Position numbers and translations under genes: made by a program. DNA of 63,164 nt, the filler included, from Licmophora abbreviata (taxonomy: Eukaryota): NCBI GenBank assembly GCA_900291995.1. It is 8 parts of 8 records of this genome, joined end to end, with 100 filler letters (N's around TTAATTAATTAA, not from the genome) between each part and the next. Parts side by side here need not be neighbours in the genome. Positions count along the whole stretch, not along the records: positions 7,328 to 20,378 come from OLMU01001473.1; 7 more parts are not named here. The stretch is one strand, 5' to 3'. Below are positions 10,815 through 20,478 of this stretch, piece by piece (positions within the stretch are counted from its first letter, which is position 1; the number at the start of each line of letters is the position of its first letter). Below the pieces are notes generated by a model. That model saw nothing but the letters and a program-made list of their open reading frames with translations, made no database searches and was not told the DNA's origin.

Positions 10815-12156
10815 TTACGAAACAGACATACCCCGTTGCTTTTCGGCACGAAACTTCTCCCAGTACTCCTTCTCGCGGAACGGGTCTGACTCCAGCTGCC
10901 AGTTACCCATCATACAACAGCAATCGTCCTCCACCTTGATGGAAGCGACACTGCTACGTTTGTATACGCGCTGGACACTGGGGCGGCGTTTCGTGGAGGG
11001 ACATGCAGCCACCGCAAGCTTGGCGTCCGAAGCGGCACAGGTAAACAGATTCTCCTTCATTTCCTTTAAACCTCCTTCGTCAGCCATCAGTGTGATTACG
11101 AAGCGCTTCGGCCGAAAGGTGGAAATAACGTTCTTGATAAGGGGCTTGTAGGAGACCAGCTTTTGGTTCGTTTCGAAGCTAACGTAACTTGACCCAGACT
11201 CTGGAGTGATATGGATCGTCGAGTAGGATCGGTAGAGAATCGCGTTCATCGAGTAGCCGCAGGGTTCAAACGCACGGGCGTCAATGATGGCACCGGGACA
11301 AAGTGCGTCGATGCCAGACATGATCGTCTGTGCATCCGAAATGCGTCGAATCTCGACCTCCTTCGTTTCGTCCAAGTCCGTCCTTCAAGTACGTGTTGTA
11401 ATGGAATATATCTCCCACATCCTCGTCAACATCAAACATCATAATGTTCAAGACACGATCAGTATCGACATCGGCAGCCTGGCTGCGGTGGGTCTGGTCA
11501 GCAACAAAGACGAACCAGTGATCCGAGTTGATTGGTCCTAGCGTGTAGCCGTTGCCATCAAGGCGGTCGCAAAGTCGCTTGTGACTGTACAGGTATTCCA
11601 TCTCTTGCGAAAAGGACGTATGCGGAAACGCTTGGTCGTCCGGAAAGTTGAAGTTTTTGCGCGAGTACCCTACCCAATCAATCTCCAATCCGACACGCTT
11701 TCCGAGCTCAATCAGAACGGCCATGCAGCGCAACAACGTCGTCGTCCCGCATGTCTTGAGCATGACCATGTAGGGATAGACAAAGAGAGAAGACTCACTG
11801 AGAACATAGGCATCCAAATACTGGTTTGAAATTCCTGAGAGAATCGAGCAGCTAGCGCGGCGGCAAATGCGATCCAGATCGGCGCGAGAGAGTGACCGGA
11901 GTCCGACGGGTTCGGCAGACATTGCAGCCGCAGGTTGGTCTGTGCCTCCAGTCTTGCGAAAGAATACCTCCAAGGTCTTTTCGGGCCCTTCGAACACCCC
12001 CGTATACTCGCGATCGACGTTTCCCGAGCCCTCGTCGTCTGAAAAGGGCTGCTGGGGCTGTAACGTTAAGCCACATTCATTGTCTCTCTCGTGGGTGGAG
12101 TGACTAGAAATTGAGTCAGGATCCGGGGACCCGTGACGAGGGTATTCGTCCGTCAT
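10815..12156 (-). CDS. SAMDC: S-adenosylmethionine decarboxylase proenzyme (AdoMetDC/SAMDC), split by a +1 frame change near 11375
   Basis: 5' frame from ATG 12156 has FEGPEKTLEV, YVLSESSLFV (cleavage/pyruvoyl site), LKTCGTTTLL and FPHTSF. The +1 frame has FEPCGYSMN and STIHITPE..SYVSFETN. Confidence 0.93.
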
Positions 12157-12190
12157 CAAGTCTGGTTGTATTTCGTTCGCGAGAGGGCTT

Positions 12191-12377
12191 TCAAGAAGCA
12201 CCTTCCTTGGCAGTAGGAACAGCCAAGATGATTGGAACCACGGATACAATGGTCGGAATACTCTGTAGACGCAAAGAGGTGCCAGACAATAGTATGCATC
12301 AGACTACTGGTCAAGAAGCATCACATCAAGCTAGGATTTTCTCAGAAGGAAGTCTTCTCTTCTGGACTTACGAGCAT
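12191..12377 (-). promoter_or_regulatory. Spliced AUG uORF (25 aa) in the SAMDC 5' leader
   Basis: ATG CTC|GTAAGT at 12377-12366; 109-nt intron 12371-12263 ending CTACAG; spliced ORF MLSIPTIVSVVPIILAVPTAKEGAS* with stop at 12193-12191. Confidence 0.6.
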
Positions 12378-12957
12378 ACAAGAACCGGCGGCGAAAGAGA
12401 GCTATAGTCGACGAAATCTACTACCGCAGCGCACTATTAGGAAAGAGAAATGGTCAAGCTCCAGAAGAAACACGCTGGCAATGCACTCGAAAATAGCTCA
12501 GAGGCTGGACCAGGCCTAATGACGCCGGTCTGCCGTCGTGTGATGTTTCTTTTTTGTGATGACGATGATGAGAAATGAGATTGAGACGTGCTGTGGTGCT
12601 GTGGCTTCCATGAAACGAGTGGCTGGCAGACCACTTTGATTTTTGGCGCTGGGGGGAACGGAGCGCATGCGCGCGAAAATACGCACTCCGTTCAAAACCT
12701 GATTTGCTTCTGACATTTTTTGCTAGATAAAAGCATGAAGATCTTTATCTATGATATTTATTTTTTAAATATACTTGAATAAGTCTATATATCGCATTGG
12801 CGATGAAAAATGGAGAAACACCAAAAAGAACAAAGAAGGCGTTGCCGTGAGACGGAGACCCCGCGCGCAAAACCTGACATTCCATGGGATCGCCACAACG
12901 TCCAAGCTTCATCATCAGCAGGCCTGAGTTTCGGTCGCAACAGGGATATCGATAGCC

Positions 12958-13356
12958 ATGGCAGAAGGATCAAATGCAGCGGGGCTCCCCCCGAAGCCAG
13001 AAGAACAGATCGCCTCCTTCGACGATGAGGAAGAGGATGAACAGCAGATGAACCAAGCCAAGTCATGGGATGAAGGTGGACCCAGCGACTGTGGCTACAA
13101 CGAGTCGGTACATAGTACTCTCATGTCGCTTGGAGGATCGGTTCATGGCGCGGTAGGGAAGCCTAGTGAACCCTTTCAGAACGGAATCAGCGCGATTGGA
13201 AACTGGTTCCAGGAGGCATCCTATGCGGTCCGGGACATCTTCCGCGGCGAGAAAGAAGTCCACAACGATGCCCACGAGGCCTTCAATACTCTCGTGGCTG
13301 GTGGAGCCAGCGAAGAAGACAAATCCACGGCAAATGGTCCTGTCACAGAATCTTAG
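12958..13356 (+). CDS. Small acidic hypothetical protein
   Basis: 132-aa ORF with GCCATGG start context, divergent from SAMDC; protein-like composition, no known motif. Confidence 0.7.
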   Translation: MAEGSNAAGLPPKPEEQIASFDDEEEDEQQMNQAKSWDEGGPSDCGYNESVHSTLMSLGGSVHGAVGKPSEPFQNGISAIGNWFQEASYAVRDIFRGEKEVHNDAHEAFNTLVAGGASEEDKSTANGPVTES

Positions 13357-13490
13357 AGTTACCTGCTTTGTGAATCTTTAGCGCTTTGCTCACGCCTAAC
13401 CAGAAAAGTAGAAGCTATCCTAAGAAGTTAATTTGTTCACACAAGTCTGATAAGTACATCGAACGACGAACACTCTTTCGATATCAGATA

Positions 13491-14447
13491 TCAGGCTATT
13501 TCAGGCAAGTTCGTTCCGTCAAGCGTTGCCATAGGAGCCTTGGGGCGGCTGTGCCGCACGTAGTACGTGTAGGAAAGGAAGGTGAGGGATCCTCCAATCA
13601 GCACAACAAAAAAGAGAATGCCGGGGATCTCCATCTTCTTGTACCATGGTTCCTGGTAGTACGAACGTTCTTTGCGGGCTTCAGCAGCAGCCTTGCAAAG
13701 CTTGCTATAGTCTTCATTGTATCCATCTTCACAGTAGATAGCTTCGTCGTACAGGTCTTCGCAAGGGCCGGATGAGCAGTCGACACTCATCTGTTGGATT
13801 GTTTGAAAGGTATTGTAGGAGAATTCGTCGTCGTTCTTGCTCTTGATGGAGCAGTCTTCATCGTAGTAGTAACCGATAGCAAACTTTCCATTGTCGCATG
13901 AGGGCCCGGCATAGTAGTCAATATCACCATCCTGATAGGCCCACTGGCAGCCAACGTAGGCAGTCTCGTCATTGCCGTCGTAGTTTTGCATGAGGGAGCA
14001 TTCACTGGAACAAGTGTTGCAATTAACTTGCCAGTTTTGTTCCTCCTCTTCTTCCTCTTCCTCTTCTTCGTGCTCGTCTTCACGGCACTCGTTTGAGCAA
14101 GCATAGCAATAGTACTGTACATACTCGGACATGGTCTCAAGATAGCTCTCAAGGTCAGTGAGATACTCTTGCGAATAGTCGCATTCCTCTTTTCCGTTGA
14201 CTTGACTGCAAAGGAAGAAAGACGCATATCGATCGAACTGGGAGCGGTAAGCTCCATTGTAAAAGTAAGCATTTCCATCATCGTCGTTGTCGTCAGCCAC
14301 TTTCATACGAATGCAGCTGCCAGCTTTCATCGTGTAGTACGCAAAGTTGCCTCCTGAACCATCTTCAAGTTTGCGAACCACCTCGCTGCTGAAAGAAGAG
14401 CATCTCGCTACCACCAGCGAAATTAAAAGGAGAAGAAGCCGCACCAT
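13491..14447 (-). CDS. Silicanin-like single-pass membrane protein
   Basis: Signal peptide MVRLLLLLISLVVARCSS; RKL motif; Cys/Asp/Asn/Tyr-rich luminal domain with FFLC..C..EYLTDLESYL; poly-Glu tract; C-terminal TM and short tail. Confidence 0.75.
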   Translation of the reverse strand: MVRLLLLLISLVVARCSSFSSEVVRKLEDGSGGNFAYYTMKAGSCIRMKVADDNDDDGNAYFYNGAYRSQFDRYASFFLCSQVNGKEECDYSQEYLTDLESYLETMSEYVQYYCYACSNECREDEHEEEEEEEEEEQNWQVNCNTCSSECSLMQNYDGNDETAYVGCQWAYQDGDIDYYAGPSCDNGKFAIGYYYDEDCSIKSKNDDEFSYNTFQTIQQMSVDCSSGPCEDLYDEAIYCEDGYNEDYSKLCKAAAEARKERSYYQEPWYKKMEIPGILFFVVLIGGSLTFLSYTYYVRHSRPKAPMATLDGTNLPEIA

Positions 14448-15028
14448 CGTGTTGGATAGGTTCAGCACCTTGGCGAGGGTATACGACCTTCAAAGATGAT
14501 GCCGACTGTGCCGTTAGACAGCAGCAAAGCTTCGATCTGTTCCGTCCTCCAGCGGCCTCTGGGCGGCTCCGATAAAATCAATGCAGTGAAGGATGATGAA
14601 TGTTTGAATGTTGTTCGGCGATAATATAGGTCGACATCATTGGCGCGCGCCTGTCGAGCTTGGGTATATTATATATGTAAAGCGCATTCCTCGATATCCT
14701 ATTCAGAAGTGTTGTTCCACTCTAGAATTTCATATAAATATAACTAAACATTCAATGCAGATTTTTAATTATTATTTAACTATTCAAAGCGGATGGTTTT
14801 GAAAATTATGGTCCCTGCCGTTACCCGCTTGATACTTCTACGGTGGGACGGATGGCTGGACGGACAGAAAAGTACACGACTCACTCGACTCGACTCACCC
14901 TGTGGCGATGCAACGCCTGCGCGAGATGACCGCGGCGGCACGCGCCTTGTCGATTGCATTGTTTCCTCGAGGCGCTTGACCAGCAATAGAGGTTTCCTGT
15001 TGTCCTGTTGTCATTGAATCTAGTCGCC

Positions 15029-16733
15029 ATGAACACGCCAGTACAGGTCCTGACTGCAGGAGGAGCGGCATCCGCGAAAGCCGACGGCAGCAACAAAAGG
15101 CGAAACAATTCGCGTCGTCGACGGACACGAAAGGCTAAGAACCAAACGGACGAGCAGCAGCCTGCCCAGAAGGCTGCGACATCGGATGCGCAGGGACCCG
15201 CACGGAAACCTGTGGCCCAGGATCAGTTGCCAGGCGACATTCGTGAGCTTCCGAAAGAACGGCAGAATCCTACGCCACCGCCGATGGAGGACTCGGAAGA
15301 TGTCGTGCTATTGAACTTGGAAGCAGTCGGCCACGGTACCAGCGAGCAGCGGGCGGGAGGCCCCAAAAAGGAACACGAGGAAATCCTCGTCGCTGGGGGA
15401 GCAGAGGCTTCGTGGAACACGAGTCAAGACGAAGCCAAGTTCTTAGAGCCGTCAAGCACTGCCTCTCTCGTACCGGCGTCCGCCGAACACCCGGATGGCC
15501 ACGAGCTGATCTGGCTTTTCGTTTGCTTCGTCGGCATCATGATGAGCTTTGTCTGCTATGGACTTCTGCTCGAGTACACTACGAGTGGAGGACGTCAGCT
15601 TCATGAGCTGAGCTTTCTCTTTGTCACCTCAGGGCTCTATACGCTCACAGCTGCTGCTGGTGTCTATGTACGAGATGAAGAGCCAACCAGCATTCCGCCG
15701 GCACGGTTTGCCGTCTTGGGACTCACCAGTATGGGAAGTACCTTTTGTTCTGTACGAAGTTTGCGCTACGTCATTTATCCAATCCAAGTGCTTGCCAAAA
15801 GCTGCAAGCCTGTACCTGTCATGATTATGGGAGCGCTCATGGGAAAGAAATATCCTCTGAAGAAGTATTTCAATGTGGTCTTGATCGTCGTCGGTGTGGC
15901 ATTGTTCATGGGAGGGTGAGTCTCGCTAAACCGGAACGGATCGCGTTGACCTCGTCGAAGAAAGCTCTTATCCTTTTTCTCATTGTCTGTGCCTTGATGT
16001 AGTGGCGACAAGACGAAAAAGCAGAAGGGAGATGATTCCGGCAGTGCCTCTCAAGTCATGGGGATCATCCTCTTGTTCATTTCTCTATGCTTTGACGGCG
16101 GCACGGGTGCCTACGAAGACAAGCTCATGTCTGTTCACTCAGTAGGTGTGTTCTTTCCGCTCCTTGTGCTACATTCTGCTCTTCTTCTTGTCTTTGGCGT
16201 CGCACTCAAAGAATCCTCCTTTTTTGCTGTTAGGACCGTTCTCCCTGATGTATTCCATTCAACTGGGCAAGACAATCTTGGCCGGTGTTGGACTCATCGT
16301 CTTGAATCAAGTGCACATCTTCTGGGCCATGTGCCAAGAGATGGGGTTCCTACTTGTGGCTCTCGGTCTGAGTGGAGCGCTTGGGCAGGTTTTCATTTTT
16401 GTTACCATCTCGAAGTTTGGCGCATTGACCTGCTCCATCATTGGACTTGCCCGAAAGGTCACGACGCTGGTAGCATCGATCTATTTCTATGGGCACTCGT
16501 TGAACCTTGTTCAGTTTACTGGGCTTGGGATTAGCGTAGGTGCCATGGTCTTGAACTTTTGGGGCAAAAAGGGCGGAGGCGGAGGTCACCATCATGGTCC
16601 GCCTGCCTCTGATTCGCCTCCACCCGAAGGGGAAATGGAAAAGATGCTTGACGCCTATCACGACGAAGAAGCGCGCCAAGGCGGAGACGTGGAACTGGCC
16701 CCTTCCAAGAACGAGAAGACTGCCTTCGTGTAG
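15029..16733 (+). CDS. UAA-family nucleotide-sugar transporter (SLC35B1/UTr1-like) with long N-terminal extension
   Basis: Exons 15029-15915, 16003-16145 and 16234-16733; YPIQVLAKSCKPVPVM, FDGGTGAYED and GQVFIF..ISKFGAL...RK motifs. Confidence 0.9.
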
Positions 16734-17074
16734 AGAGAGCGAGTCGATGTCAGACGTGTCAACATTCAGAGGGGTCGATCCTACGATCGCATCGCAAGAC
16801 GTATCTGTCTTTTTTGCATGCGTCGTAGAAGGGTCGACGATTGAGTTGGCATGACACAAGGCAGATCTTTTCGAGCTTCGATGAAAGCAGAAAGTGAACT
16901 CACAGTACCTGAAGAATCTAGATAGCGAAGGAATGCTAGGGAGTGTAAAAACTATTCTACAGTTGATTGATAACACCATAGTCGGGCGATATAGTAGATC
17001 GCAGCATGGCGTTCATCGCGCCAGGGCTCGCCATCTACAAGTATGTCACACCGTGAAAATTTGCAACACAATAA

Positions 17075-19900
17075 CTACGATACGCCACTTTTTAGTCTAC
17101 GATATCGTTGACAGGCCGAACGGAACCCTCTGACCACCACGTCGAAATCGTCCCTCGTCTTGCCATCAAAGCTTCCCAGAAATTCCGCCCTTGGACGTTC
17201 AGGAGCGTGCTGTAAGGCTCGAGGGAGCCACTGGTGCTTCAATATTTCTGGCATGAGCACGTTGAGCTTGAACAAAATACCCGCAATTGAACCATTGCCA
17301 CTGTCGACGCTGTAGGTGGGTAAATCACCCATGAGTGCTAGGATCAGATTTGTCACGATGGCCTGTCCTTGCTGCTGGAGGGTGCCATTCAGTTTGGCAC
17401 TGTTGCTCTTCATTCCATACGTGACCGTCGATTCCAAGAAGTTCAGCGTCCCGCGATTCGCCTCGCGGTGGTCCAGCTCCAAGCCGATGACCGCGAATTG
17501 AAACAACGCCGTGAGAAGCCCGGGACTACCTGCAAGAGGATCAGGACAATACTTCATCATGCGTCCCATCAAATAGAACATTTCTTCCACGACATCAGGA
17601 TGGGCTGTTAGTTCTGGGAGTGTACGCAAAAATGAAAAGGTCGTTTGCGCAACTGCTTCCAGCATCCCAAACAGCTTTGCCACATACTGCGGTTTCTGGC
17701 CGTACTCGGTTATGCAGATGCTCGCACCATACAAGTATGGCGACTGATGTGACTCGGCATAACTCTGCACTAGCGCCTGTAGCAGCGAGTCCAGTAGCGG
17801 AGCGTATGTGTCTGCCCCGCAGGCACGCAAGGCATGCTTGTGGAGCCGACAGACCTTTTCTGCGAGCATAATGTCTCGTGAAAATCGTTTTGTCGTGGCC
17901 TCCAAGAGCGACCAGCTCGATTTCATCACATCCATAATGGCCGCTGCCGATGATGCATTATCTCGACCGACCCGTAGGAATCGTACTAGGACAGTCAAGC
18001 GCTCCACTTCTCCAATGAGCTGTTTCGAAGTCACGTTGGGGTCAGCCAGATCGGCCGTCCATCGGGTGCCCAGTGGTTGCACTATTCGTGTAAGATACGC
18101 TGACATGGCTTCTGATGACTCTTGACCCGCCTGTTTCGATATTGTCCTGCATACTCCCTCGAATATTTCCAATTCGTCTCTCAGTGCCAGCTGTAGTGTC
18201 ACTTGCTGGTACAGATCCAGCACCGACTCTCCGAGAGCAATGTACTCACACAGCTCCTTGATGGCGATGGCAGCGGCTGTGGCACATTTCGGCTGGGACA
18301 GCCCTTGTGCCAGATACGGCAACAAGGGTTGCAGGTGCTCTGGATGCTTCGCCAGCCACGACGCATACTTCCCTACCAGTTGACTGGCTGTAAAGCGCAG
18401 AGCCAAGAACTCGGGAGGCAACTGTGGCAAGAGTGTCATGCAGCGAGGCAGCACAACAGATTCGTCGGACGAGATATAGCGATGCAAGCTCTGCAGGCAG
18501 AACAATGTCGCCTCCAAATCCTGCCAAGACTGTTCTGTTGTGAGTCGCTGGCCGACCCGGTCCAACACCATCTGTCCTCCCAACAACCGGCAACAGTCTT
18601 CCAGTGTCTCGGCGATGTAGAAGCGATGCCGATGCAAATCGTCCACCCGGTCTGTAGATAGCTGCTCCAGATTCTCAGGATATTTGATATGACTTGTCAC
18701 CAGACTATCCAACAACTGTAGCAAGTACGGGCTGTACATGTCCACCATGTCCTGTCGTGTACGCAGCGGTTCCATGCTCTCCAGCTCCATGGCAAAGCGA
18801 TACCAAAAGTGTAGTGTCATGCCAGATACATCCGTGTCCTCTACTCGGCTACTACACCACAAGATCCATTCCACCACTTGACGTGCCGTGTTCGTTTCAG
18901 ACTCCGGGTGGACAATCCAACTCAGGTATGATTCGCCCAATTCCGTCATCATACGGCAATACGCGCGGACGACATCAGGATCGTCCGACTGAAGGGCGGT
19001 TTCTAGTGGCAAGTGGAGAATCTGCGGCAGCAGCGATTGAATCAAGGAATGATTCTGCGGCATGTCACTAGGATACATGCGCAACAGTTCCACCAAGACA
19101 TCCATTGCTGGTTCGAGGACATCGGAATGTGGCACGTGCTGCCACGATTGGACCGCCTGTAGTGTCGCAGGCAATACACAAGACGAAGGCATACACAAGG
19201 CATGCGGCGGGATAGGCACATAGCGAATCCAAGAATACCAGAGTGTAAAGTTGGGTTGCTGTGAGTGCAGCTGTAGAACCATGGGAGACGATGTGATTAA
19301 GTGATCGCGCATGGCATAGCGAAGATTCTCATCTTCAAGCAGCAATCGGTCCGAAGCACACTCTTCCGGGAGCTCCTTCATGACCTGATCGATCCACGGC
19401 TGTTGAGGTTGCAATGAAAGCAAGTCTGTAACAATTGTGGACCAGGACATTTGAATGGCCAGTGCGGCGACCGCCATGGCGAGTCGCGTCGCGACGACGG
19501 GCTCCGAGGAAGACTGGGAGAGCTGTGTCATGAGAGAATCTCTGAGGGAAGGCAAGGACTCGGGTGGTAATTGTCGCACGTGTCCGCAGCGGCATTTGCT
19601 ATGCAGTGTCTGTGCAGCAAAGAAGCGAGCGCTGGCGGTTTGTTTGTCGAGCAACAGTCTATCGCAGACTTGCCATGCTACCGCAGTAGCCTGGAAACTT
19701 GTTAAGTAGCGATCCGCTAATTGTCGAGTCCAGGGCGAGTCAGGGGCCACGTTGTTAGGGGAGAAGACGGCATGGAGAGCCGATTGAATTCGTGAAAGCT
19801 CGTCCTCGACATTTTCGGAATGAGGCGGCAGCTGATGCAAGTCCTGAGCCGAAGAAAGGCCACCGGGACTAGGTGTATACTGAGCAGCAGGCGCGTGCAT
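17075..19900 (-). CDS. Transportin-SR / importin-13 family karyopherin (TNPO3/MTR10-like)
   Basis: 941-aa intronless HEAT-repeat protein; ADRYLTSFQ..AWQVC...RFFAAQTLHSK importin-beta N-terminus; HPDVVEEMF motif. Confidence 0.85.
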   Translation of the reverse strand: MHAPAAQYTPSPGGLSSAQDLHQLPPHSENVEDELSRIQSALHAVFSPNNVAPDSPWTRQLADRYLTSFQATAVAWQVCDRLLLDKQTASARFFAAQTLHSKCRCGHVRQLPPESLPSLRDSLMTQLSQSSSEPVVATRLAMAVAALAIQMSWSTIVTDLLSLQPQQPWIDQVMKELPEECASDRLLLEDENLRYAMRDHLITSSPMVLQLHSQQPNFTLWYSWIRYVPIPPHALCMPSSCVLPATLQAVQSWQHVPHSDVLEPAMDVLVELLRMYPSDMPQNHSLIQSLLPQILHLPLETALQSDDPDVVRAYCRMMTELGESYLSWIVHPESETNTARQVVEWILWCSSRVEDTDVSGMTLHFWYRFAMELESMEPLRTRQDMVDMYSPYLLQLLDSLVTSHIKYPENLEQLSTDRVDDLHRHRFYIAETLEDCCRLLGGQMVLDRVGQRLTTEQSWQDLEATLFCLQSLHRYISSDESVVLPRCMTLLPQLPPEFLALRFTASQLVGKYASWLAKHPEHLQPLLPYLAQGLSQPKCATAAAIAIKELCEYIALGESVLDLYQQVTLQLALRDELEIFEGVCRTISKQAGQESSEAMSAYLTRIVQPLGTRWTADLADPNVTSKQLIGEVERLTVLVRFLRVGRDNASSAAAIMDVMKSSWSLLEATTKRFSRDIMLAEKVCRLHKHALRACGADTYAPLLDSLLQALVQSYAESHQSPYLYGASICITEYGQKPQYVAKLFGMLEAVAQTTFSFLRTLPELTAHPDVVEEMFYLMGRMMKYCPDPLAGSPGLLTALFQFAVIGLELDHREANRGTLNFLESTVTYGMKSNSAKLNGTLQQQGQAIVTNLILALMGDLPTYSVDSGNGSIAGILFKLNVLMPEILKHQWLPRALQHAPERPRAEFLGSFDGKTRDDFDVVVRGFRSACQRYRRLKSGVS

Positions 19901-20215
19901 GCTGGAACTTCCAGCCTTTCCTCAATCTTTTTGACCCTTTTGAGCTTCACAGAGCCAAGACCGACTTTGCAGGTAGTACACGATCCAGATTTGTTTACCG
20001 CGGCGATCTACCTGTTGACAATTCCAGCGTATCTTCCATCTTCACCAACGGCAGCGAAACTGAAATGCCATTGTCATCTTTGCCCACGTTGGCCGCGCGG
20101 TTGGCCGAGAGAGAGAGTGCCGACGGACGGGAACATCCGGGTGCCATGACAGCCCATGACCCGTCCGATCTTTCCTCTCATCACAGAAGTTTGGCGTCTG
20201 TCGTCTTCATGATTG

Positions 20216-20378
20216 ATGGGCAAACAGGGCAACACAATCATGGCGACCCCATCCTCCTCGACTTGCTGCCGAGGGTGCAGCGCTTCCTTTCCCACACGCA
20301 ACGCTATCTTTCGACATCTTCGTGATACGGATGGAGCGTGTCTTTCGCCCTCCGACTACCAAGATTTTGTAGAGAATG
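20216..20378 (+). CDS. 5' fragment of a gene with a C2H2-like zinc finger, truncated by gap
   Basis: CRGCSASFPTRNAIFRHL pattern (C-x2-C-x3-F-x8-H); frame runs into the Ns. Confidence 0.45.
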
Positions 20379-20478
20379 NNNNNNNNNNNNNNNNNNNNNN
20401 NNNNNNNNNNNNNNNNNNNNNNTTAATTAATTAANNNNNNNNNNNNNNNNNNNNNNNNNNNNNNNNNNNNNNNNNNNN

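Noticed and set aside
11383..11392. 10-nt GT...AG segment (GTACTTGAAG) whose removal would restore the SAMDC frame
   Set aside because: Far below the size of every other intron here (75-150 nt) and with no room for a branch point; not credible unless cDNA shows it.
12516..12611. Further upstream AUG ORF (MEATAPQHV..., 31 aa) before SAMDC
   Set aside because: Probably begins upstream of the transcription start; no evidence that it is in the mRNA.
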